Source: an uncultured Actinomycetota bacterium (lineage in GTDB: Bacteria > Actinomycetota > Actinomycetes > JAFAQI01). Taken from it: a stretch of DNA of 64,000 nucleotides. Numbering within the stretch: the first letter of the stretch is position 1; each line of letters starts with the position of its first letter. The stretch is from NCBI GenBank assembly GCA_963770565.1, contig CAVYQE010000001.1:1376001-1440000 (forward strand), written 5' to 3'. This document shows, piece by piece, positions 10,765-19,966 of the stretch. The notes below the pieces were generated by a model. It worked only from the letters and a program-made list of their open reading frames with translations, was not told the DNA's origin and ran no database searches. The position numbers were made by a program, and so were the translations under genes.

Positions 10765-11617
10765 GCTTCCCGAGGTAGAGACAGTCCGGCTCGGTCTCGA
10801 ACGCTGGGTCGTCGGCCGCCGGATCGCGGGTGTCGAGGTGTTCGGGGCGCGGACCCTGCGCCGCTATCCGCCGGGCGCGGAGGAGTTCGCGGCCCGGCTG
10901 GTCGGGCGTCGGGTGGTCGCGGCCCGGCGGCGCGGCAAGTACCTGTGGCTGCCGCTCGACGACGGCACCGCAGTGCTCGCGCACCTCGGGATGTCTGGAC
11001 AGTTCCTCGCGGTCCCACCCGACGATCCGGTCGGCGCGCATCTGAGGGCCCGGTTCCGTTTCGACGACGACGGGCTCGAGTTGCGCTTCCTGGACCAGCG
11101 CACGTTCGGCGGGCTCGCATTTGCCGACGGCCTGGGTCCGGACGGCGTTCCGCCCGCCTTCGCGCACGTCGCGCCGGACCCGTTCGAGGCCGCCTTCGAC
11201 CCGGTGGTGTTCTCCGCCGCCTTGCGGCGGCGTCGGACCGGGGTGAAGCGCGCCCTGCTCGACCAGACCCTGATCTCCGGGGTCGGCAACATCTACGCCG
11301 ACGAGGCGCTGTGGCGGGCGCAGCTGCACTACGCCCGGGCCACCGACCGGCTCCGCCGCCCGGACGTCGATCGGCTGCTGGCCGCGGTCCAGGGCGTGAT
11401 GCGGGCGGCGATCGACGCGGGCGGTACGTCGTTCGATGCGCTCTACGTTGCGGTCAATGGCGAAAGCGGCTGGTTCGACCGCTCGCTCGAGGTCTACGGG
11501 CGCGAGGGCGAGCCCTGCTCGCGGTGCGGCACCCCGATCGTGCGCAGCCAGTTCATGAACCGGTCGTCGTACTTCTGCCCGCGCTGCCAGCGCCGGCCCC
11601 GCGACGGCCGATGGTGA
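10757..11617 (+). CDS. mutM: Formamidopyrimidine-DNA glycosylase
   Basis: [30 protein letters not shown]-terminal CSRC...CPRCQ zinc finger. Confidence 0.97.
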   Translation: MPELPEVETVRLGLERWVVGRRIAGVEVFGARTLRRYPPGAEEFAARLVGRRVVAARRRGKYLWLPLDDGTAVLAHLGMSGQFLAVPPDDPVGAHLRARFRFDDDGLELRFLDQRTFGGLAFADGLGPDGVPPAFAHVAPDPFEAAFDPVVFSAALRRRRTGVKRALLDQTLISGVGNIYADEALWRAQLHYARATDRLRRPDVDRLLAAVQGVMRAAIDAGGTSFDALYVAVNGESGWFDRSLEVYGREGEPCSRCGTPIVRSQFMNRSSYFCPRCQRRPRDGRW

Positions 11618-11889
11618 GCGAGGTTCGACTCACCGCGTGGATGCACGGCCGGGTGCAAGGCGTCGGGATGCGCTGGTGGGTCCGCTCGCGGGCCCTCGAG
11701 CTGGGGGTGGCGGGCTGGGCCCGGAACCTGCCCGACGGCCGGGTCGAGGTTGTGGCAGAAGGGGCCGATGAGGCCTGCCGGACGATGCTGGCGCTCCTGC
11801 GCGATCCGGGTGCGCCGGGGCGGGTCGACCGCGTCATCGAGCGCTGGTCGCAGGCTCAAGGGATCGCCCCCGGTTTCGTCGAACGATGA
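11611..11889 (+). CDS. acyP: Acylphosphatase
   Basis: [28 protein letters not shown]. Confidence 0.93.
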   Translation: MVSEVRLTAWMHGRVQGVGMRWWVRSRALELGVAGWARNLPDGRVEVVAEGADEACRTMLALLRDPGAPGRVDRVIERWSQAQGIAPGFVER

Positions 11890-11902
11890 CCCTTGTGGTC
11901 CC

Positions 11903-11931
11903 TTGACCCGCCCCCAGGAGGGGTTCACACT
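11903..11931 (+). promoter_or_regulatory. Putative housekeeping sigma-70 promoter
   Basis: TTGACC (11903-11908), 17-bp spacer, CACACT (11926-11931) upstream of the small gene at 12057. Confidence 0.5.
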
Positions 11932-12056
11932 GGAACGGACCGCGACGCGGGACCTTGCGCGGATTTGAACTCGAACCGCAACCCGGTTCCCACACCGTCG
12001 GGGGATGCCCTCACCAGGGTGTTCGCGACACGTCCTCAACTGGAGGATCGGCAACG

Positions 12057-12275
12057 ATGGCGAAGGCTCTACTCGGTCATGTTGGGAATGATCTCGACGT
12101 TCGGGTGGTGTCCGAGCTGCGGCGGCTGCGAAATCGCGTCCGTGAGCTCGAGCACGAGGTGGCACGTCTGGAAGCCGCCAACAAGGCGCTGTCGAGCGGT
12201 TTGGTGCTCGACGACGACATGCTGACCCTCTCGGTTCACGAGCCGGTCAGCGAGCGGGAGCCCGCTCTTACGTAA
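12057..12275 (+). CDS. Small conserved actinobacterial coiled-coil protein upstream of smc
   Basis: GGAGG RBS; MAKALLGHVG...ELRRLRNRVRELEHEVARLEAANKAL heptad pattern. Confidence 0.8.
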   Translation: MAKALLGHVGNDLDVRVVSELRRLRNRVRELEHEVARLEAANKALSSGLVLDDDMLTLSVHEPVSEREPALT

Positions 12276-12372
12276 CACGCGGCGCCGGGTGCCGGTGCTG
12301 CGCAACGTGGTCGGCTAACGTGGCGACCGACCTTCCCCACCCGTCGCCGACACGTTCCCTGGAGCCCTGCGG

Positions 12373-15300
12373 GTGCACCTCTCGAGCCTGACCCTGAGAG
12401 GGTTCAAGTCGTTTGCGTCGTCGACGACGCTGCGCTTCGAGCCCGGCATCACCGTCGTCGTCGGACCCAACGGTTCGGGCAAGTCCAACGTCGTCGACGC
12501 GATCGCCTGGGTGCTCGGCGAGCAGGGGGCGAAGTCGCTGCGCGGCGGCAAGATGGAAGACGTCATCTTCGCCGGCACCGCCGGGCGTCCCGCGCTCGGC
12601 CGGGCCGAGGTCGTGCTGACGATCGACAACAGCGACGGCGCGCTGCCGATCGACTTCAGCGAAGTGACGATCTCGCGGACGATGTTCCGCAACGGCGGGT
12701 CGGACTATGCGATCAACGGCAGCCCGTGCCGGCTGCTCGATGTCCAGGAGCTGCTGTCGGACTCCGGGATCGGCCGGGAGATGCACGTGATCGTCGGGCA
12801 GGGCCAGCTCGACGCGATCCTGCATGCCGCGCCCGAGGATCGCCGCGCCTTCATCGAAGAGGCGGCCGGGGTGCTCAAGCACCGCAAGCGCAAGGAAAAG
12901 GCGCTCCGCAAGCTCGAGGCGATGCAAGTCAACCTCAACCGGCTGCAGGACCTGACCAACGAGTTGCGCCGCCAGCTCAAGCCGCTCGGCCGCCAGGCCG
13001 AGGTCGCCCGCCGCGCAAGCGCGATCCAGGCCGAGCTACGTGACTCGCGGTTGCGGTTGTTCGCCGACGATCTGTCCCAGCTGCAGACGACGCTGAACGC
13101 CGAGGTCGCCGACGAGACCGCCCTGCTCGAGCGGCGGGCCAAGGTCGAGGCCGACGTCGCGGCCGCGGCTGCCCGCGAGAGCGAGCTGGAGGCGGCACTC
13201 GCCGCCCAGACGCCACGGTTGGCCCGGGCCCAGGAGACCTGGTACCGGCTGGCCGGCCTGCGCGAGCGGTTGCGGGGGACCGCGTCGCTTGCCGCCGAGC
13301 GGCAGCGCCACGTCACGATTGCGGTCGACCTCGACGTCGCCGGCCGCGACCCGGAGGCCTGGCGCGCCGAGGTCGACGCGATCCGGGTGGACGAGGCCGC
13401 GGTTGCCCGTGCGCTGGTCGAGGATCGGGCCCGGCTCGACGCGGCGGAGGCCGAGCGGGTCGGGCTCGAGGCGCAGCTCGCCGAGGCCGAGGCGGCACTG
13501 CGCGCCGCGCATCAGGCCCGCTCGGACCGACGTGAGGGCCGAGTGCGGCTCCAGGGCGAGGTCAACGCCCTGCGCACCCGGGCCGCAGCCGCCGGCGAGG
13601 AGATCGGCCGACTCACGGCGGCCTGGGAGGCGGCCAAGGCTCGCTCCGCCGCCGCTCAGGCCCAGTTCGCGGCGCTCGAGACCGAGGTGGCCGGGCTCGA
13701 CTCCGGCGAAGTCGACCTCGATGCGGTGTACGAAGCGGCCGCCGCGACCCTCGCGGCGGCCGAGGAGAACGTCACGGCACTGCAGACCGAGGAGCACGAG
13801 GTCGAGCGGCAGCGCAGCGCCGCCGCCGCCCGGCGCGATGCACTAGCGATCGGCCTGAACCGCAAGGACGGCTCGGCCGCGCTGATCGCCGCGCGGCACT
13901 CACTGCCAGGCGTGCTCGGCACGGTCGCCGACGTGGTGACGGTCGACGCCGGCTACGAGACCGCGGTGGCCGCCGCGCTCGGCGTGGCCGCGGACGCGGT
14001 CGCCGTCCGCTCGCTCGCCGATGCGGCCGAGGCGATCGCCCTGCTCAAGCGCGACGACGCCGGCCGGGCCGGGCTGCTCGTCGGCGGGCCGGCCGACCCC
14101 ACCGACACCGCGCCGCTATTGCCGGCCGGAGCCCGTTACGCGATTGATGTCGTGAGCGCGCCGGAACTGTTGCGGCCGGCCCTTCGACAGCTGCTCGACC
14201 GCACCGCGCTAGTCGCCGATGTCGCGGCCGCGCAACGGCTGGTCGCGGCCTTGCCGGCGGTCCGCGCGGTTACGTCGGACGGCGACATCATCGGCGTCGG
14301 CTGGTCCGCGGGCGGGTCGGCCGCAGTGCCGTCGCTGCTGGAGGTCCGGGCCGCACACAGCGAAGCCGCGCAGCTGGTCGCCACCCTGGGTCATCGAGCC
14401 GAGCGGCTTCGCTTCGCGCTCTCGGCCGCCACCGAGGCCGCGGCAGCCGCGCAGGACGAGGTGGACACCGCGCTCGCGGAGCTGCACGAGTCCGACGCCC
14501 GGCTGGCCGGCGTGGCCGAGCGACTCGGCCAGCTCGGCGCAGCGGCTCGCGCCGCCGCCGGCGAGACCGAGCGATACGCCACCGGCCTCCAGGAAGCCTC
14601 AACGGCGCATGACCGTGACCTCGCCGGGTTGGCCGCGCTCGAGGCGAGACTTGTCGCTGCCGAGGCCGCGCCCGACGACGCCGAACCGGACGAGACCGAG
14701 CGCGACCGGGTCGACGCGATGGTGGTCGCTGCCCGGGCCACCGAGGTCGAGGCGCGGCTGGCGGTCCGCACCGGCGAGGAGCGCGCGCATGCGCTGGCGG
14801 CCCGGATCGAACAGATCGAGCAAGCCGCCGCGGCCGAGCGCGAAGCCCGCGAACGGGCCGCCGCACTGGCCCGGCGACGAGCCCGGGAAGCCGTCGTCGC
14901 GGCCGCGATCGCGACGGTGACCGAACAGGCACTGGCGGCAATCGACCGTTCGCTGGCCGCCGCGGCGGCCGAACGGACCGCGACCGAAGAGCAGCGGATG
15001 GTGACCGAGGGCGAGCTGCTCGCGATCCGCGCGACCGCGCGCGAGCTCGCCGGCGAGCTCGAGGTGCTGACCGGTGCGGTACACCGCGACGAGGTCGCCC
15101 GGGCCGAGCAACGACTGCGGATCGAGTCGCTCGAGACCAAGGTGGCGGAGGACTTCGGGATCGAGCCCGAGACGCTGCTGGCGGAGTACGGACCCGAGGT
15201 GCTCGTGCCGCCCGCGCCCGACGCCCCCGAGGGCACCGAACCGACGGCGTACGACCGGGGCGAGCAAGAGAAGCGCTGGCGGGCGGCCGAACGTGCCCTG

Positions 15301-15921
15301 GCGCTGCTCGGCAAGGTCAACCCGTTGGCGCTGGAGGAGTTCGCGGCGCTGGAGGACCGGCACAAGTTCCTGTCGGACCAGCTCGAGGACCTCAAGGCCT
15401 CCCGCCGCGACCTGCTCGTGGTGATCAAGGAGGTCGACGACCGGGTCGAGCAGATCTTCCGGTCGGCCTACGAAGACGTCGCCCGCGAGTTCGAGATCGT
15501 CTTCGCCGCCCTTTTCCCCGGCGGCGCCGGACGGCTGGTGCTCACCGATCCCGACGACTGGCTCACGACCGGGGTCGAGGTCGAGGCGCGCCCGCCCGGC
15601 AAGAAGGTCAAGCGACTCTCGCTGCTGTCCGGCGGCGAGCGGTCGCTGACCGCGATCGCGTTGCTGGTCGCGATCTTCCGGGCCCGGCCGTCGCCCTTCT
15701 ACGTGCTCGACGAGGTCGAGGCCGCGCTCGACGACCGCAATCTCTCCCGCCTGGTCGACCTGCTCGCAGAGCTGAAGTCGGCGTCGCAGCTGATCGTGAT
15801 CACGCACCAGAAGCGCACGATGGAGGTCGCCGACACCCTGTACGGCGTCTCGATGCGGGGTGACGGGATCACCGAAGTGATCAGCCAGCGGTTGCGCGAG
15901 CCGGAGCCAGAGCCGGTCTGA
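12373..15921 (+). CDS. smc: Chromosome segregation protein SMC
   Basis: GFKSF, GPNGSGKSN Walker A, long coiled coils with hinge, LSGGE, LDEVEAALD. Confidence 0.98.
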   Translation: MHLSSLTLRGFKSFASSTTLRFEPGITVVVGPNGSGKSNVVDAIAWVLGEQGAKSLRGGKMEDVIFAGTAGRPALGRAEVVLTIDNSDGALPIDFSEVTISRTMFRNGGSDYAINGSPCRLLDVQELLSDSGIGREMHVIVGQGQLDAILHAAPEDRRAFIEEAAGVLKHRKRKEKALRKLEAMQVNLNRLQDLTNELRRQLKPLGRQAEVARRASAIQAELRDSRLRLFADDLSQLQTTLNAEVADETALLERRAKVEADVAAAAARESELEAALAAQTPRLARAQETWYRLAGLRERLRGTASLAAERQRHVTIAVDLDVAGRDPEAWRAEVDAIRVDEAAVARALVEDRARLDAAEAERVGLEAQLAEAEAALRAAHQARSDRREGRVRLQGEVNALRTRAAAAGEEIGRLTAAWEAAKARSAAAQAQFAALETEVAGLDSGEVDLDAVYEAAAATLAAAEENVTALQTEEHEVERQRSAAAARRDALAIGLNRKDGSAALIAARHSLPGVLGTVADVVTVDAGYETAVAAALGVAADAVAVRSLADAAEAIALLKRDDAGRAGLLVGGPADPTDTAPLLPAGARYAIDVVSAPELLRPALRQLLDRTALVADVAAAQRLVAALPAVRAVTSDGDIIGVGWSAGGSAAVPSLLEVRAAHSEAAQLVATLGHRAERLRFALSAATEAAAAAQDEVDTALAELHESDARLAGVAERLGQLGAAARAAAGETERYATGLQEASTAHDRDLAGLAALEARLVAAEAAPDDAEPDETERDRVDAMVVAARATEVEARLAVRTGEERAHALAARIEQIEQAAAAEREARERAAALARRRAREAVVAAAIATVTEQALAAIDRSLAAAAAERTATEEQRMVTEGELLAIRATARELAGELEVLTGAVHRDEVARAEQRLRIESLETKVAEDFGIEPETLLAEYGPEVLVPPAPDAPEGTEPTAYDRGEQEKRWRAAERALALLGKVNPLALEEFAALEDRHKFLSDQLEDLKASRRDLLVVIKEVDDRVEQIFRSAYEDVAREFEIVFAALFPGGAGRLVLTDPDDWLTTGVEVEARPPGKKVKRLSLLSGGERSLTAIALLVAIFRARPSPFYVLDEVEAALDDRNLSRLVDLLAELKSASQLIVITHQKRTMEVADTLYGVSMRGDGITEVISQRLREPEPEPV

Positions 15922-15935
15922 CAGGATCTGGCGTC

Positions 15936-17021
15936 GTGACCTTCGTCATTGTCGCAGTTGCGGTTGCGGCCGTCCTGGTCGTCGGGCTGGCGACGTACTT
16001 CTTCGGGCCCGGGCGCCGGCACCCGCACCACGTCCTGCCGGACTCGACCACGGTGCCGGTCGTCGAACGGGCGCCGGAGCCGGCGGTCGAGACGCCGCCA
16101 CCGTCGGCCGGGCGGATGGTGCGGCTGCGCGACCGGCTCTCGGGCTCGCAGTCAACCCTGGGTCGCGGACTGCTCGAGCTGCTCTCCCGCAACACGATCG
16201 ACGATGCCGTCTGGGACGACGTCGAAGAGATCTTGCTGACGAGCGACGTCGGCGTCGGGGCAACACACGACCTGGTCGACCGGTTGCGGGAGCGGGTCCG
16301 GGTGCTCGGGACCCGCTCGCCGCAGCAGGTGCACGACCTACTCCGCGCCGAGCTGGTCGACACGATCGGGCCCGACGTCGACCGGACGTTGCACACCTTG
16401 CCGCACGATGAGCGGCCAGCCGTCGTACTGGTCGTGGGGGTCAACGGGACCGGCAAGACGACCACCTGCGGCAAGCTGGCCCGGGCGCTGGTCGGTGATG
16501 GCCGCACCGTGTTGCTGGGCGCTGCCGACACGTTCCGGGCGGCGGCCGCGGACCAGCTCGCGACCTGGGGCGAGCGGGTTGGAGCAACCGTGGTCCGCGG
16601 GCCCGAAGGGTCCGACCCGGCGAGTGTCGCCTTCGATGCGGTCGCCGACGGCACCGAGCTCGGCGTCGACACGGTGGTGATCGACACCGCCGGCCGGCTG
16701 CACACCAAGACGCCGTTGATGGACGAGCTGGCCAAGGTCAAACGGGTGGTCGAGCGGCAGCGCCCGGTCGACGAGGTGTTGCTGGTCCTCGACGCCACGA
16801 CCGGCCAGAACGGGCTGATCCAGGCCCGGATGTTCGGGGCCGCGGTCGGCGTGACCGGCGTCGTGCTGACCAAGCTCGACGGCACCGCCAAGGGCGGCAT
16901 CGTCTTCGCCGTGCAGCGCGAGCTCGGCGTACCGGTCAAGCTGGTCGGGCTCGGTGAGGGCCCGGATGACCTCGCGCCGTTCGAGCCCGAGGTGTTCGTC
17001 GCTGCGCTGCTCGACGGTTAA
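15936..17021 (+). CDS. ftsY: SRP receptor FtsY
   Basis: GVNGTGKTTT, DTFRAAA, DTAGR, TKLDGTAKGG; N-terminal TM helix. Confidence 0.97.
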   Translation: MTFVIVAVAVAAVLVVGLATYFFGPGRRHPHHVLPDSTTVPVVERAPEPAVETPPPSAGRMVRLRDRLSGSQSTLGRGLLELLSRNTIDDAVWDDVEEILLTSDVGVGATHDLVDRLRERVRVLGTRSPQQVHDLLRAELVDTIGPDVDRTLHTLPHDERPAVVLVVGVNGTGKTTTCGKLARALVGDGRTVLLGAADTFRAAAADQLATWGERVGATVVRGPEGSDPASVAFDAVADGTELGVDTVVIDTAGRLHTKTPLMDELAKVKRVVERQRPVDEVLLVLDATTGQNGLIQARMFGAAVGVTGVVLTKLDGTAKGGIVFAVQRELGVPVKLVGLGEGPDDLAPFEPEVFVAALLDG

Positions 17022-17054
17022 CCGGGCCGAAACACGTTGTCACCGCACGGAAAC
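17018..17054 (+). promoter_or_regulatory. Tandem GlnR-box-like site
   Basis: TTAAC-n6-GAAAC-n5-GTCAC-n6-GAAAC, compared with the actinobacterial GlnR consensus gTnAc-n6-GaAAc repeated; sits upstream of glnD. Confidence 0.75.
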
Positions 17055-17103
17055 TGCGATCTGGTTCGCTGATCGGCGACGAGGGGAGCGCAACGACGTG
17101 CGG

Positions 17104-19420
17104 GTGACTCACGCTCACTGAACACGCGGCGGCGAGCCTGCGCGCGCTGCGCGCCGAGACGCTGGCCCGGCCGGGCCTGGCCGGGCCGGAGCTGCGCGCC
17201 GCGCTGACCTCGGCGGCCGACGAGTGGCTGCGCGACCGGCTCGGCCCGGCCGAGGACGTCGCGCTGGTCGCGGTGGGCGGCTACGGCCGTCGCGAGCCGG
17301 CCGCCGGCAGCGACCTCGACCTGCTGCTCCTGCATCGCGACGGAGTCGATGTCACCGACCTCGCCGACTCGCTGTGGTACCCGATCTGGGATGCCGGCGT
17401 CGGCCTCGACCACTCGGTGCGCACCGTCGACCAGGCGCTCGCCGTCGCACGCACCGACCTCAAGGCCGCCCTCGGCCTGCTCGACGGGCGGCATGTCGCC
17501 GGCGACCCGTCCCTCACCGCGCGGCTGCACGAGTCGATGTACGCCGCCTGGCGGCGCGAGGCCGGCAAGCGACTGCCGGAGCTGGTCACCGCGGTGCGGG
17601 AGCGGGCCGAACGGGTCGGGGAGCTGGCCTTCCTGCTCGAGCCGGACCTCAAGGAAGCCCGCGGCGGCTTACGCGACGTCCACGCGATCAGGGCGATCGC
17701 GGCCGCCTGGGTGGCGGATGCACCGGACGACCGGGTGCTGGCCGCGTACGAGTGGCTGCTCGACGTGCGTGGCGAGCTGCACCGCCGTTCGGCGCGCGGG
17801 AGCGATCGCCTGGTGCAGCAGGAGCAGGGCCCGGTCGCGGCGGCCCTCGGCGTGGTCGACGCCGACGAGCTGATGCGCCGGGTGTTCGATGCCGCGCGGA
17901 CGATCTCGTTCGCCACCGACGAAGCCTGCCGGCGGGTCGCCGCGAGCGTCCGCCCGATCCGGCGGTGGCCGAGGTCCCGCGCGCCGGAGCGGCGCCCGCT
18001 CGCCGACGGAGTGGTCGAACAGGACGGGTGGGTGGCGCTCGCGCGTGACGCCGATCCGGCCGCCGATCCCGGCCTGGTCCTCCGGGTCGCCGCCGCGGCC
18101 GCCCAGGCCGACCTGCCGATCAGCGCCCATACCCTGCAGCGGCTCGCCGGCGAGTCGGCGCCGCTGCCGCACCCGTGGCCCGAGCAGGCCCGGCAGGCCC
18201 TCGTCGCGGTCCTCGGCGCCGGCCGACCGGCCATCGCGGTCTTCGAGGCGCTCGACCAGGCCGGACTGCTGGTGCGGTTGCTGCCGGAGTGGGCGGCAGT
18301 GCGCTGCCGCCCGCAGCACAACCCGGTGCACCGGTTCACCGTTGACCGCCATCTGGTCGAGACGGCGGCGGAGGCCGCCGCCCTGAGCCGCCAGGTGGGC
18401 CGCCCGGACCTGTTGTTGCTCGGTGGGCTGCTGCACGACATCGGCAAGGGCTATCCCGGCGACCACACCGAGGCCGGCGTCGCGATCGTGCCCGGGATCG
18501 CGGCCCGGATCGGCCTGGCGCCGCCGGATGCGGACACGGTGACGGCGCTCGTCCGGCACCATCTCCTCCTGCCGGAGACGGCGACCAATCGCGATCTCAG
18601 GGATCCGGCCACCGTCGAGGCGGTCGTGTCGGCCGTCGGTGACCGGCCGACCCTCGAGCTGTTGCACGCGCTGACGGTCGCCGACGCAGCGGCGACCGGG
18701 CCAGGCGCCTGGGGCGAGTGGAAGGCCGGACTGGTGGTCGAGCTGGTCGAGCGAGCCGGCGCGTCGATGTCGGGTGAGCCGGTCGAGCCGACGCACCCCC
18801 TCGATGCCGGCCAGCTGGCGCTGGCGGCCCGGGGCGAGCTCGCCGTCGAGCTGGTCGGGTCGCGAGTGACGATCGTCGCCCCCGACCGGCCCGGGCTGCT
18901 GTGGCGGTGGGCCGGCGCGCTCGCGCTCCAGCGGCTGGAGATCCGCTCCGCGATCGCGACCACCGCGGGCTCGGTCAACGGCCCGATGGCGGTGACCATC
19001 TGCGAGGTCGCGCCGCGCTTCGGGTCGCTGCCGGAGCAGCACGAGCTTTTCGCTGCGGTGCAACGAGTTTCCGACGACGCGACCGCGCTGGCCGCCCGGC
19101 TCGCCGAACGCGAGCGCACGTACGCCGCGGCCCGGCACGGCGTGGTCGTGCCGCCGCGGGTGCTGTGGGTGGACGCGGCGTCACGGCACGCGACCGTCGT
19201 CGAGGTCCGGGCGCATGACACCGAGGGCCTGCTCTACCGGCTGACCAAGGCGATCAGCGATGCCGGGCTCGATGTGCGCTCCGCGCGGATCCACACCATG
19301 GGTGCCGAAGCCGTCGACACGTTCTACGTCGTCGACGAGCGGGGCGAGCCGCTCCCCGACGACGTACGCCGGGAGCGAATCGAGTACGCACTGCTGGCCG
19401 CGTGCCAGCCGCTCAGCTGA
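17104..19420 (+). CDS. glnD: [Protein-PII] uridylyl/adenylyltransferase; 5' end lacks an in-frame canonical start
   Basis: VGGYGRRE..GSDLDL nucleotidyltransferase, EPDLKEARGGLRD, LLHDIGKG HD domain, two ACT-like domains; frame open from 17108, GTG at 17104 is one base out of frame. Confidence 0.9.
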
Positions 19421-19937
19421 AGCTGATCGTCAAGCGCGCAGTCGCGACTGAATCGCTCGCACAGAACAGCACGGCGGCGGCCAGGCCCGGGTTGAGTGGG
19501 TCGCATTCGATGCCGCGGTGCCGCAGGCCGGCGGCCAGGTCGGGCGCGTCGACGCCGGTGCCGATCTCGACCAACACCCCACGGTGCCGCGCCGCCATGT
19601 CCGGCGCGAGTGCGGCCCGGACCACCCGCCGGAGCTCGGCGGCTCCGATCGCGACCACGACATCGATCGGCCCGAGCCGCTGCTCGACCTGCGGAGCGAC
19701 CCGCTCCCACACTGCGGGGCTCGACGGATCGGCGGCCAGCCCGAGAACGGTGGCGTCGAGGTACTCGGCCGCCTCGACCGCCTGATCGACCGCGGCCCGG
19801 TCGGCGGAGACGACAGCGATCAGCGCGCCGTTTGCCGCGAGGCCGGCGACCACCTCTCCGAGGCCACGCCCATCACCGGCAACGACGACCGCCTTGCCGG
19901 TCAGGTCGGCGAAGCGCGGGGTCCAACCACTCGTCAC
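19413..19937 (-). CDS. Truncated SDR-like Rossmann-fold protein
   Basis: DLTGKAVVVAGDGRGLG and LGPIDVVV SDR N-terminal motifs; no YxxxK; 174 aa. Confidence 0.65.
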   Translation of the reverse strand: MTSGWTPRFADLTGKAVVVAGDGRGLGEVVAGLAANGALIAVVSADRAAVDQAVEAAEYLDATVLGLAADPSSPAVWERVAPQVEQRLGPIDVVVAIGAAELRRVVRAALAPDMAARHRGVLVEIGTGVDAPDLAAGLRHRGIECDPLNPGLAAAVLFCASDSVATARLTISFS

Positions 19938-19966
19938 AGGAGGATTGTCCGTCGTACGGTTCTGCG

